Origin: Octopus bimaculoides
Taxonomy: Eukaryota
NCBI RefSeq assembly: GCF_001194135.2
Contig: NC_068996.1
Coordinates: 55,944,143 to 56,008,142 of the forward strand
Direction of reading: 5' to 3'
DNA: 64,000 bases
The notes under the pieces were generated by a model. That model did not search any database. It saw nothing but the letters and a program-made list of their open reading frames with translations, and was not told the origin of the DNA. This document shows positions 12,342 through 26,845 of the stretch, in pieces. The translations under genes and the position numbers were made by a program. Positions within the stretch are counted from its first letter, which is position 1, and each line of letters opens with the position of its first letter.

Positions 12342-13217
12342 CATTATAACATACATATTTGGGTGTGCAAACAAATATGAATACTCAATGCATTATAACA
12401 ATGTATTTATTTAAGCTTTGGATGTTTATACTCTTTTTCTAATTTCAGCCAGTGGGCTGTGGCCATGCTGGGGCACTGCAGTTTTATATTATTAATTTCT
12501 TTTGACTATGCCTAAGGCTACATCTTGTAGGTGAGGGATTTAATCTATTGAGTCAACCAAACATATTACTGGTATTTATTTTCAGGAGGCCATTTGCCCA
12601 TCACAAAGGCAATGAATATGAAGACAACTATGTCAAGTAAAAATGGTTTTGGACTCAGGTAAAATATAGTGGGAAAGAGAGAAAACAAAAAAATTAATAA
12701 ATAAAGCAAAAAAATAAACATACACTGCACTAATATTTTGGTTGTATTAGAAATCCTGAGAAACAACTCTGATCACAATTATTATTATTATTATTACATA
12801 GGTTGTTGTTGCTTTATCTTATACAAGCTGTTCCAAGTCTCCCCCCAGAGACCTCAGATAACAACAAATTCGACGTTTTACTATGGACGTTATTTATAAT
12901 TAGCAATGATATATCGTAAGGAAAGGAGGCCAGATCCTGAGAACTAAGATTCTGTTAAATTTGTAATATTTCAGTTTTGCTAGAATTTTAAGAGAATCAT
13001 GTTGACAATGTCTTTCGTAAGATGTGGGCAGTATCCATGAGAACAGTTTTTTGTAGTTCTGATATTTTTGGGTTTCCTGGTATTTAGCCATATATGTTTG
13101 AGGGTACCTTGTGATATTATCCCCAAAGCTATAATGATCACAGGTACAGCTGTCATCCTTTGATGCTACATTTTTGAGACATCTGTTTCAAAGTTCTTAT
13201 ATTTAATAATAATAATA

Positions 13218-13294
<77 letters not shown>

Positions 13295-13560
13295 TCTATT
13301 ATAAAGGTGGTGAGGTGGCAGAATTGTTAGCATGCTGGCCAAAATGCTTAGTGGCATTTCTTCCAACTTCACATTCTGAGTTCAAATTCCACCAAGGCCG
13401 ACTTTGCCTTTCATCCTCTTGGGGGTCGATAAAATAAGTACCAGTTGAGGACTGGGGTCGACATAATTGACTTACCCACTCCCTTGAGAATGCTGGCCTT
13501 GTGCTATTATTATTATTGTTATTACTATTATTATCGTCATCATCATTATTATTATTATTA

Positions 13561-13612
<52 letters not shown>

Positions 13613-16589
13613 TATTATTATTACTATTATTATTATTGGAATTGTAAATATAGATGATTTCATTTGATTTGGTAAACTTCAGAAAATATGTCTGAAATAA
13701 TAAAATGTTTGTGTTATACATACATATACACACACAAACATATATATATATACACACACACACAAACATACATACACATACATATACATACATATATATC
13801 ATATATATATATATATATATANNNNNNNNNNNNNNNNNNNNNNNNNNNNNNNNNNNNNNNNNNNNNNNNNNNNNNNNNNNNNNNNNNNNNNNNNNNNNNN
13901 NNNNNNNNNNNNNNNNNNNNNNNNNNNNNNNNNNNNNNNNNNNNNNNNNNNNNNNNNNNNNNNNNNNNNNNNNNNNNNNNNNNNNNNNNNNNNNNNNNNN
14001 NNNNNNNNNNNNNNNNNNNNNNNNNNNNNNNNNNNNNNNNNNNNNNNNNNNNNNNNNNNNNNNNNNNNNNNNNNNNNNNNNNNNNNNNNNNNNNNNNNNN
14101 NNNNNNNNNNNNNNNNNNNNNNNNNNNNNNNNNNNNNNNNNNNNNNNNNNNNNNNNNNNNNNNNNNNNNNNNNNNNNNNNNNNNNNNNNNNNNNNNNNNN
14201 NNNNNNNNNNNNNNNNNNNNNNNNNNNNNNNNNNNNNNNNNNNNNNNNNNNNNNNNNNNNNNNNNNNNNNNNNNNNNNNNNNNNNNNNNNNNNNNNNNNN
14301 NNNNNNNNNNNNNNNNNNNNNNNNNNNNNNNNNNNNNNNNNNNNNNNNNNNNNNNNNNNNNNNNNNNNNNNNNNNNNNNNNNNNNNNNNNNNNNNNNNNN
14401 NNNNNNNNNNNNNNNNNNNNNNNNNNNNNNNNNNNNNNNNNNNNNNNNNNNNNNNNNNNNNNNNNNNNNNNNNNNNNNNNNNNNNNNNNNNNNNNNNNNN
14501 NNNNNNNNNNNNNNNNNNNNNNNNNNNNNNNNNNNNNNNNNNNNNNNNNNNNNNNNNNNNNNNNNNNNNNNNNNNNNNNNNNNNNNNNNNNNNNNNNNNN
14601 NNNNNNNNNNNNNNNNNNNNNNNNNNNNNNNNNNNNNNNNNNNNNNNNNNNNNNNNNNNNNNNNNNNNNNNNNNNNNNNNNNNNNNNNNNNNNNNNNNNN
14701 NNNNNNNNNNNNNNNNNNNNNNNNNNNNNNNNNNNNNNNNNNNNNNNNNNNNNNNNNNNNNNNNNNNNNNNNNNNNNNNNNNNNNNNNNNNNNNNNNATA
14801 TATATATATATATATATAATCATCATCCTCATCATCCTCATCATCATCATTTATTGTCTATTTACCATGCTAGCAAGGGTTGGATGGTGTGACAGGATCT
14901 GGCATGCTGCAAGGCAATGCTGAGCTCTAATATTAGTTTTGACATGGTTTCTGTGGTTGGACGCCCTCCCTGGTGCCAACTTTTCTACGGATTACACAGG
15001 GTGGTTTTTATGTGGCAACAGCACAAGTGAGAAAGCCTTGTAACTTACAAGACAGAAAAAAGAAAAGGGTAAAATGAAAAGGAACTATCTCCTACAGCTA
15101 TGAAAGGAGTCATTAAGAGGAGAAGATGGAAATGGATGGATTTATGCCTAGTGTTGAAAGGCTAAAGTATGATAGACGGACAAGCAAAGGTTTCTGACTA
15201 CAGAAAAGATACATGACTGAAGAAGGCAAGGGAATGGTTGTGATGGGGTGTTACAGCAAACTCAAGATGCAAGAGGATGAGCTTGAGAGAAGATATGGAC
15301 GGTGGATCATGGGAGAGGAAAAAATAGAGCAGATACCTTCAAAACTGTGTAAGATGGGGTGTAACAGATAATGATGGCAGTGGAGGTAAATATAGTGAGG
15401 GATAAACAAGGGTGGAGGTGTAGTTGAAGGGAAATACTAGTATACGTGTGTGTGTGCGTATACATGCACACATATATATTGCTTAGGTATAGTGAGACTA
15501 ATACACTGGTGTAGAACTTAATATGAGTTTGGTCCAGAACACAATGATATAATGGGTATAGAATGGAAATAGAAAACAGAGAGAGGATACCAGAGAAACA
15601 AAAGTTTGTTGTATGAACTTCATTAGTTTACAGCTGTTTCTGCTATAAGATGCGGTGGACTCTTTGTTGAGTATCAGAAAAGAAAAACATCCGATAGCTT
15701 CATCAGAGCCTTTAATGTGAAGTGCACTTCAGTTGGGGAAATAGGTGTGTGCATATATATATATNNNNNNNNNNNNNNNNNNNNNNNNNNNNNNNNNNNN
15801 NNNNNNNNNNNNNNNNNNNNNNNNNNNNNNNNNNNNNNNNNNNNNNNNNNNNNNNNNNNNNNNNNNNNNNNNNNNNNNNNNNNNNNNNNNNNNNNNNNNN
15901 NNNNNNNNNNNNNNNNNNNNNNNNNNNNNNNNNNNNNNNNNNNNNNNNNNNNNNNNNNNNNNNNNNNNNNNNNNNNNNNNNNNNNNNNNNNNNNNNNNNN
16001 NNNNNNNNNNNNNNNNNNNNNNNNNNNNNNNNNNNNNNNNNNNNNNNNNNNNNNNNNNNNNNNNNNNNNNNNNNNNNNNNNNNNNNNNNNNNNNNNNNNN
16101 NNNNNNNNNNNNNNNNNNNNNNNNNNNNNNNNNNNNNNNNNNNNNNNNNNNNNNNNNNNNNNNNNNNNNNNNNNNNNNNNNNNNNNNNNNNNNNNNNNNN
16201 NNNNNNNNNNNNNNNNNNNNNNNNNNNNNNNNNNNNNNNNNNNNNNNNNNNNNNNNNNNNNNNNNNNNNNNNNNNNNNNNNNNNNNNNNNNNNNNNNNNN
16301 NNNNNNNNNNNNNNNNNNNNNNNNNNNNNNNNNNNNNNNNNNNNNNNNNNNNNNNNNNNNNNNNNNNNNNNNNNNNNNNNNNNNNNNNNNNNNNNNNNNN
16401 NNNNNNNNNNNNNNNNNNNNNNNNNNNNNNNNNNNNNNNNNNNNNNNNNNNNNNNNNNNNNNNNNNNNNNNNNNNNNNNNNNNNNNNNNNNNNNNNNNNN
16501 NNNNNNNNNNNNNNNNNNNNNNNNNNNNNNNNNNNNNNNNNNNNNNNNNNNNNNNNNNNNNNNNNNNNNNNNNNNNNNNNNNNNNNNNN

Positions 16590-16648
<59 letters not shown>

Positions 16649-17465
16649 ATGTGTATATGTATATATATATGTGTGTATACTCTGCTTTTAGTTTGGCACT
16701 ATGTGGTAACCATAATTGGGAGCAGTAGTCCAGGCAGCTGAGAACAAAGGTTCACCATAGTTTCTTGGTCTCTTGTCTTAAAGCACCTCAGTGTCCATCC
16801 TGCCAGTTGTTTGCACTTTGCTGCCATCTTGATAATGTGCATATGGAATGATGTGTCAGTGCACATACTGATCCCCAAGTCTTTCACTGCCTGTGATGCT
16901 GGGATTGTAGTTCTTTCAGGTCCTGTAAATGCAGATTGTACTGTTTTCGTGAGTTGATAGTGCAGTGCTTGAAATTTTCCAGCATTAGACTGCATGTTGT
17001 TTATTTCAACCCACTTATATATTGAGTTTAGGTCCCACTGTAAGCTTGTGACATCATCTTGGTTGTTTTATTGCCTGTTTTAATTTTGTATTATCAGCAC
17101 AAATAGTGACAGTGGCTGNNNNNNNNNNTATGCCTGTCTATTTATCTATCTATATCTATCTATCTATGATGTGTGTGTATATATATATATAATGTACACA
17201 CACACACACACACACATAGACGTGTGTGTGTGTATTTTGACTTACAGACACATATACATGCATACAAGCACATACATGCATATATACAGACATTGCTTTT
17301 TTAGGCATCTTATGTTTAGTGTGACTGGCTTGAATTNNNNNNNNNNTATATATATATATATATATATAAGTATATATATCTATATATATACGTATATATA
17401 TACATACTTACATCTATACATATATATATGAATATGTGGGCACAGGGCGTCACATATATATACAC

Positions 17466-17498
<33 letters not shown>

Positions 17499-17588
17499 CA
17501 TACGCATGTATATGTATAAATATATATGTGTCTATATATATATATCTATATATGTGTGTGTGTATATGTATATATGTATGTGCATATA

Positions 17589-17659
<71 letters not shown>

Positions 17660-20600
17660 ATGATATGTATATATATGCCTGTCTATTTATCTATCTATAT
17701 CTATCTATCTATGATGTGTGTGTATATATATATATAATGTACACACACACACACACACACATAGACGTGTGTGTGTGTATTTTGACTTACAGACACATAT
17801 ACATGCATACAAGCACATACATGCATATATACAGACATTGCTTTTTTAGGCATCTTATGTTTAGTGTGACTGGCTTGAATTCAGCACTAAAAATCTTAAT
17901 AAATCTAAGCACCAAACATTTAGATAAGTATAAGATCTTATATTATAACAATTTATGTTATTCCTAAGACTGCATACCTGGGAGGAAGGAGAACAAATTT
18001 CTCAGTTTGAATAAGAATTCTATATTATGCTTGTGAACATGGCTATAGTAGTAAGAAAGTTTAAAGGAAACTAACCAGCAGAACATCTTCAGTAAAGAAG
18101 ACACTCATTTGCAACTGTTTTGGTCCTTATATTGTTTGTGGGCCAGATTGCATCCAGGTCATAACTCTTGGATATCCATCTGCTTCGATATTCTATGCTA
18201 CTGCCTGCATTGCAACCTTTCCAGCTGGTTAAAGTGCACCAGATCCAAAGTATGTTGCAACCAGTTCAATCTAAGACCCAAGTGGACTGAAGGGTAAATT
18301 ATGAGGAATTGAAATTAGGTTTTAATTCCTCTTTGACCAGATCTAGTTGGAACTCTTCTCAGCTGCTGCTGTCATTGCCTGAATAACTCTCATTTTCTTT
18401 CTCCCAGCAAAAGGAAGCCACTTTATGAGATCAAATGCAGATTTATCCCAAAACCCTCTTGAACCCAAAGAAGTGCACTGGGGAGCATAAAATTAAACAA
18501 AAAATTTATTATTATTATTAGCAGTCGTCTGCTCTTTTTCTTAACCCTTTTGTTAGCATAATTTTGGTGAAATACACTGCTTTGTTTCAGCTAATTTTGG
18601 AAATTAGGAATAATTTAGTAAAATAATTATATCATTATTAAGCTGGGGTTTAGAATATAAATTAACATGACATTTTAATGGAATTTTTTTTGATTTAGAT
18701 CACTTTAACATAATTTTGCTGAAATACAGTGCCTTTGTTTCATTTTATTTTGGAAATTGTGAAGAATTTAGTAAAATAACTTTCATTTTTAAACCGATGT
18801 AAGGTGACAAGCTGGCAGAACTGTTAGCATGCTGGGCAAAATGTTTAGCAGCATTTCATCCATCTTTTAGGTTCTGAGTTCAAATTTTGCTGAGGTTGAC
18901 TTTGCCTTTCATCCTTTTGGGAGGGGGGGGTTCGATAAAATAAGTACCAGTTGCATACTGGGGTTGATGTAATCAACTTGCACCCCTCTCCCAAAATTGC
19001 TGGCCTTGTACTAAAATTTGAAACCATTATTGAACTGATTGATATTTGGGACATAAATTAGCATAAAATTTCAATAGCATCTTTTAATTTCACTTCAAAA
19101 CAGAATGTTTGTATGATAAAAGCAAGAGTGTTCTCAGGAAGATTGGCATCAACAGATTTAATTGATGCAATTTACCTAATTAACTAGCTCCAGTGACTAT
19201 TGCATCGTTAAATTAATAAATAACTTAATGAATTTAGCTACACAGACCATTTGAATCATTGTCTTTTAAGTAGGTAGAAAAGTAGCTGTTAGTGATCATT
19301 AATGTATAGGTGAAAAGTTAAAGACCATTTATCATAGTAATTAAAGGTGGAAAATAACTGTGTATTTGAGGTGTAACTATGTGTGTTTTTTTTTTTACTT
19401 ATATAAGGTATATTACCTGATATTATGTATATTATTTACCATTCTCTGCTTTTTCCAGTCCAGCAAGGTGAAAACAAGCCACATACCAATGTTTAAAAGC
19501 TGACCGAAGCATTCATGGTTTTGCTGACTAACTACTAAACAGGGTATACACAAACACATACACAGATATATGATATATATATATAATTACATGCTCACAT
19601 ACAATAGTCTAAACTGAATACATAGAATCATTTATAAGTTGATTTTGAAGAAACAAAAATATCACTTTGATACTGAAATAGGTTTCATTTTCCCCAAACC
19701 CTAAGTTGTTTCAAACATAGCTAAAATACCATGTACAGGCTGTGTTAGCTATTTGAGAACAAAATTTTAGTTTAAGGAAAGCCAATATATTTATTAAAAA
19801 AAAAAAACACAAAATATTTTAATAGAATTTGGTACATACACACACATACATTATGCTCTTAACATGTTATGTTGATTCAGCTATTCCTCCCAATGGACCG
19901 AACTACCTCTCACCACGCTTTGCCTACCTCTTTTCTCACTCTACTTCATTCTGACATCTCTCTCATCTCACCACCCTCCCCCGTCAACTGTATTCTTACA
20001 CAATCCTGTCACATTCCTTCTGCTCACTCCCTTCTTCACCCCTCCATCCTTCTCCAGTTCATGAGTTCTCCATCACTACCTTTCACCTCAACCCAGTCTT
20101 TTTTACAGTTGCTGGCTGCTGCCTCCCCATCCCTTCATGTCTTGCTCCCCAAACTACCTGTCAAGCCCTCGACCCCTTCTCACTCATTCACTTCAACACA
20201 TCTAAGATCTTGAAGGGCCACCTGGACACTTCATCTCTAAAATCTATATGATCATTCTCTCCCTTTTCTAGCCCATGCAGTTCTACTGCAAGAACCTACT
20301 CTGACTCCCTTCTTTCATACTGTATCCCTTCAATCCCCAGCATAAAGCTGAACGCCTTTCTTTTGGGATTTGCAGACTTGCAAGTTACATGATGACCTCG
20401 ATAATGCTGGTATTACAAAGAATGGCACCCAGTAGAACACACTCTCAGAGTGGTTGGGGTTAAGAAGGGCATCCAGCTGTAGAAACCATGGCAAAGCAGA
20501 CACTGAATCATGATACAGTTCTTGAACCCATTGGGGTCCTGCTAACCTGTCCAACCCATATGCCATCATGGAACATGGACATTAAATGATGATGATAAAG

Positions 20601-21728
20601 ATGATGATGTATCAAAAGTCTATTCGATAAAACTGTCATCAGCCTTAATTACTGCCTCCACACAGCTTCTGAAATGTCAAAGTGTGTTTATCAGTTAATC
20701 TTTATTCACTTCATCTAAGATCTTGGCCAAAGATCTTATCTGAGAAGAACCAGAGCATGTTGGGCTCCCAGGGGTGCTTGAGTTTGTGCAGCAAGTGCTC
20801 TAGCTGGATCGCACACTTCTACTGGGTCTTAGTGGACATGAACTACCCTCTTCTCTTAACAAAAGATTTATACCTGATGTCTCTGAGTTGCCTCCAGCAT
20901 ATGAAGATGATTGGCAGTGGCTCTCATTGATTTTTCAGGATTCTTGTTGATGGTGCTCTGGACTTGCTGGACAAACTCAATTTTCTTGACAATGTCTGAC
21001 CACCGAGAAGCTTCCATTTTTGGGGTGTAAAAAAGAGATGTTTAGTTAAAGTTTGAGCCACTTATGGGTTTTAAAAGTTTTGTTCTCAAATAGCTGATGC
21101 ACCATAATCATATTGCTAAAGTATTATGTAATTTTTGAAGACCATTCTGTCATGTAGAATATTTCTATTAATTGCTTCGAAAAGTTTAAGGAATATCTTA
21201 TTCAACAGTTTATTTGTGGTTTGTGAAAGTGACTATTTACTATGGGATTAGATCACTTCTGAACTAGAATCAATTGCCAATCTTCAAGAAAAAGAAACTT
21301 GGTAAGACTGATATTGGTTTGGAGAGTTATTAGATTCTTTACAATGAGATAACAAGTTCCTAATCTTCCCATTCTGTTGGTGTCAGTATGCCATTGCTAA
21401 GCATTTAAATGGCATTATGCTATGATTCTTTATGGCTTCAAGTTGAAAATAAAGAGGGATTAGAAATAAATGTTAGAATTACATCATAATTCATTGATTG
21501 ATCAACAGAATATGTCCACCTGGTGTGATTTCATTCAATTTTGGAAAAGTAAGGCACAAGAATGGCTGTGTGGTAAGAAGTTTACTTCCCAACCACATGG
21601 TTCTGGGTTCAGTTCCACTGTGTGGTACTTTGTGTAAGTGCCTTTTACTATAGCTTTGGGTTGACCAAAACTCTGTGATCTCAATCTGGTTGATAGAAAC
21701 TGAAAGAAGCTTTATATATTAATATGTA

Positions 21729-21764
<36 letters not shown>

Positions 21765-22410
21765 TTTGGTGACTTCTTGTCTTGATATACATGATCTGTG
21801 GATAGACACTTCAGAATGAACCTTTTAGCATTCAGGTTACTCTGTCAAATGTAATGCTTAATCATGTGTTATCATGTATCAGTCATGTATTATTATCTCA
21901 TAGTTTTGAGATTTCAAAGATGGGATTGTTTAGTTTTAGAATAACAGTGTAGAAGTGGGTGTCAGAGGCTAGAATTGGACACTTTAAACAAAAATGGTAG
22001 AATATTTGTGCCAGATATGGAGGCTTTAAATGCTAAAGAGTTCAGAGCTGTAGGAGATACAAAGTAGTATGGTGAATAAAAACATAATCATGGTATGAGA
22101 AACCAATGTTTTTTTACTCTGTGATAAACATTTCTATTCTTTACCATGAATGGAACTGATTAAAATAAAAGAAGAATGGATAGCATTGTTTCTTTCCCAA
22201 AAAGTGTGAGAGAATTTTTAAAATGCTTTTTTGTTTTCAACATTCAGTGTCTATACATACACGAATAAAATGTGTCAGTATTGACCGAATTCTAATGTTT
22301 TCATATACGGCTGGTTGCAATGATTTTTCTTGCATTGTTTTCCATTTCAAATGATACCACCGCATCCTGAATGAGATGCCACATTTGCCTCTAGAATATA
22401 CATATTGATA

Positions 22411-22441
<31 letters not shown>

Positions 22442-23069
22442 TGTATGTATGTATGTATATGCATACACACATACATGCATCTATCTATATTTAACTCTTT
22501 TATCTTTTATTTGCTTTATTCATCAGATGGTGGCCAAGCTGGGGCACTGCCTTGAAGGGTTTTAATTGAGCAAATTAACCTGAGTATTTTTAAGCCTGAT
22601 ATTTATTATATTTGTCTTTTTTGCAAAACAAAACAACATTGGTTGTCAAGTGTTGGTGGGGAAGAAACCCAACGAAACAAATAGATATATATAATAGGCT
22701 TCTTTCAGTTTCCGTTTCTCAAATCCACTTACAAGACGTTGGTCAACTTGAGCTTATAGTAGAAGACATTATTCCAAGGTACCACGTGGTGGGTTTAAGG
22801 TCAAAACTATGCTGTTGGGAAGCAAACCCTTTAGCATTCATATACATAGCCGATAATTATACATGTAACATATAATATACAAATACATACATAAATGTAT
22901 ATATATATATATATATATATATACATGCACGCGCACATGCGTGTGTGTGTGTGTGAGTGTGTGCACGCAGGTGAATGTGTGTATGTGTGTGTGTGTGCAT
23001 GCATGTGCGTGCGTGTGTGCATGCATGTGTGTGCATGTGTGCATGCATGTGTGTGTGTGTGTGTGCATG

Positions 23070-23151
<82 letters not shown>

Positions 23152-23715
23152 TGTCTGTCTGTGAGTGCGAGTGCGTGTATATATATATATATATATTTAA
23201 GGAAACCTTGAAATGCAGAACAAAATAAATTTAAAACATAAAAAGAGAAAACGTACGAAAAATTTCGCTTATTTTTTTTTTGTAATTAATATTACTTTTT
23301 ATGAGTATATTGTTTATCATATTTGTTTATTATGTAAATAATCATTGGTTGTTCTTTTTACAGGAATAAAACTGACCAAGTCTTTGAGCATGAATGCATG
23401 TGTGTGTGGGAGAAGGTGTGTGGTTGTATATGTAAATGTGAGTGAATGACAATGTGTGAAGAAATGGGTTGTGTCAAGGACTGTAGGTAGATGTTCATAC
23501 ATATATGTATATGAATATATATGTGTGTATACGTGTGTGTGTGTGTGTATGCATATATATGTGTGTGCATGTGTATGTATATGTTTATATATATAAATAT
23601 GTATATGTGTTTATACATATATATGTATGTATATATATATATGTGTGTAGATATATATATATATGTATGTGTATGTATATATATAAATACATATGTATAT
23701 ATACATATTTGTGTG

Positions 23716-23748
<33 letters not shown>

Positions 23749-24778
23749 ATGTATATATANNNNNNNNNNNNNNNNNNNNNNNNNNNNNNNNNNNNNNNNN
23801 NNNNNNNNNNNNNNNNNNNNNNNNNNNNNNNNNNNNNNNNNNNNNNNNNNNNNNNNNNNNNNNNNNNNNNNNNNNNNNNNNNNNNNNNNNNNNNNNNNNN
23901 NNNNNNNNNNNNNNNNNNNNNNNNNNNNNNNNNNNNNNNNNNNNNNNNNNNNNNNNNNNNNNNNNNNNNNNNNNNNNNNNNNNNNNNNNNNNNNNNNNNN
24001 NNNNNNNNNNNNNNNNNNNNNNNNNNNNNNNNNNNNNNNNNNNNNNNNNNNNNNNNNNNNNNNNNNNNNNNNNNNNNNNNNNNNNNNNNNNNNNNNNNNN
24101 NNNNNNNNNNNNNNNNNNNNNNNNNNNNNNNNNNNNNNNNNNNNNNNNNNNNNNNNNNNNNNNNNNNNNNNNNNNNATATATATATATATATATACATAT
24201 ATGTACGTATGTGTGTATATACATCAGGTAAGAGAAGTGAATTGAGAATAGTTGTTTACTCCATTTGTTGACAGCTGTATTGTAATCTGTATTCTTACAT
24301 AAGCAATACTATATCGTCCACCACACACAGAAATAAATCTACACACACAGAAATAAATCTACACACACAGAAATAATCTACACACACATACACACGTACA
24401 CACTTACACACACACACACACATACACACTTACACACACACACACACACATGTATGTATATATACACCCATTAATATGACTGTGCTGTGACAATGGATAA
24501 ACTACACTTCCTGAAATAAACATCTAGCCTGTCATTTCACTTTTCTTATCTGATCAATCTTTATACATACTCTCTACCAACATGATCTCTGGACAGGCCA
24601 GGCAATGGTGAGGCTATATTCTTGACCTAACCATGGTTTTCTTAATAGCCACCAGACAGAGCTCTTTTTGATTCTTTGAATCTCTGCTCCATTTATATAT
24701 ATATATATATATATAACACATACACATGCGTATGTATGCATATATATATATATGTGTGTGTGTCTATGTGTCCATATA

Positions 24779-24838
<60 letters not shown>

Positions 24839-24860
24839 TATATGATGATGTTGATATGTA

Positions 24861-24905
<45 letters not shown>

Positions 24906-25036
24906 TTATATGTAAATATATATGTATGTGTGTGTGTGCATTGTTGTATATATGTACCTATATCTCTGTTTATTTATATATATGTTTGTGTATATATGTA
25001 TATATTTGTGTGTGTATATATATATATGTTTATATA

Positions 25037-25079
<43 letters not shown>

Positions 25080-25485
25080 ATATATTAAAGAATGTAGCTG
25101 TGTAAGGCTGGAACAATGCAAGAAGATACAAAGTAAGCTACAAAATGAAAAGAGCACAACATTGCAGTTTTACCTTGTATTTCTATATTCTGGGGTGAAG
25201 ACCCCTTCTTCAGGAGATTCAGAAAAGCTTTACCAAATGTCCTGAAGAAGGGGTCTTCACCCCAGAATGTAGAAATACAAGGTAAATCTGCAATTTTGTG
25301 CTCTTTTCATTTTGTAGCTTACTTTGTATCTTCTTGCATTCTTCCAGCCTTACACAGCTACGTTCTTTAAAGTTATACCTCATAATGCTTCAAGAAAAGT
25401 AGCTTATATATATACATACATATATATATATATGTGTGTGTGTGTGTGAATAGATAGATAAATAGACAGGTATTTATATATTTGC

Positions 25486-25534
<49 letters not shown>

Positions 25535-26788
25535 TTATACACAGAGGTTGTCCCAGAAAGATTTACTGATTGATATTTCTTAATTATTCAAAATAAACTT
25601 ATGGCAAGATAATGAAATTTGGCACACATATTCTCATGTAAATTGTCAATCCATTGCAGCAATTACATTTCAAAATGACGACCTTTTGCTCTGATCATCA
25701 TCATCCTGCAAATAAATAGTCATTGAGTTGCATGGGTGCTGTACCACCTCTTCAGCCAACTTGACCCATGAAGACAGAAGGGCTTTCTTCAGATCTGACA
25801 CATTTGAATAGGAGTGAGCAGAAACATTACTCTCTAAGATGGACTAGATAACAAAGTCCATGGGTTTGATGTCTGACCTTGTGGGAGGTCATATCGTTTT
25901 GTTCCCAAAACTGCTTGCACTATCTTTGTGTCAAACTGGATGTGTAGGCTGTTGCCCCATCTTGAATGAAGATGTAATGGTCACCAAAAGTTTCTGTGAC
26001 CCAGGAGAACTTTTTCTCATCCAACATTTTCACACAAACATCACTGTTGACCTTGATGCCAGCATCAATGAAGATCAAAGGAGACTTGAACCCATTAGAT
26101 GCAACTGCAGCCCATACCATGAGTGAAGGTAGTTTCTGATGGTGTAAACGACTCCTGCTACCTTTGGGCAAGTATCCTACATTATATGCATAAAGCCTGT
26201 TATTCTACCTATTGGTAAATACCTCTACGGTGGAGATCTTCTTGTCAAACTAGATCAATACTTTGTCAGTGGTGCACTTCATCTTGGCTAACATGGCGTT
26301 ACCTCTGTTGAGCCATTCCTTGGAAGCTGACGAAATTACCTGCCTGGATTGTTTCTTGTGTGCAGTTAACTTGAAATCCTCTTTAAAATCCCTGTGCATT
26401 CACGATTAAATTTGCTTCTTCACAGATTCAACAGCTGGTTTGTTTGGTACAAATTGATTGTTTCTTACCAGGAATTGGCTTGTGAGGGGTAGTAGCAGAT
26501 TCCATATATTGATTCCAGGTTTTGAACACTGTTTTACGGCACACATTCAACTGTTTTGCTATGTTCTTGTGGCTCACACCAGTTGTTTTCAAAGTGACAA
26601 TCTGGACAAATTTTGTTTTTGCTTGCAAACCTGTTATAGACTGATGAAACAAAAGACACAGGAACAAAAGACATATGCAAATCTTTATGCAAAATGAAGA
26701 AAATACTACCTGAACCAGTAACCTTTAGGAAGTTTTAAACATGAGCAAATCTTTCTGGGGCACCCTGTATATACATACATATACATAC

Positions 26789-26845
<57 letters not shown>

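Noticed and set aside
17129-17881. Identical 208-bp duplication as a biological event
   Set aside because: One copy is a mini-contig between two 10-N gaps; most likely a gap-filling artefact.
24220-24240. Strong donor-like CAG|GTAAGA in the large intron
   Set aside because: It is preceded only by microsatellite and a gap; no acceptor or coding frame.
24322-24387. Short tandem arrays (also 43539-43610, about 52690-52735) as CRISPR-like
   Set aside because: Units are contiguous without unique spacers, and the context is eukaryotic.
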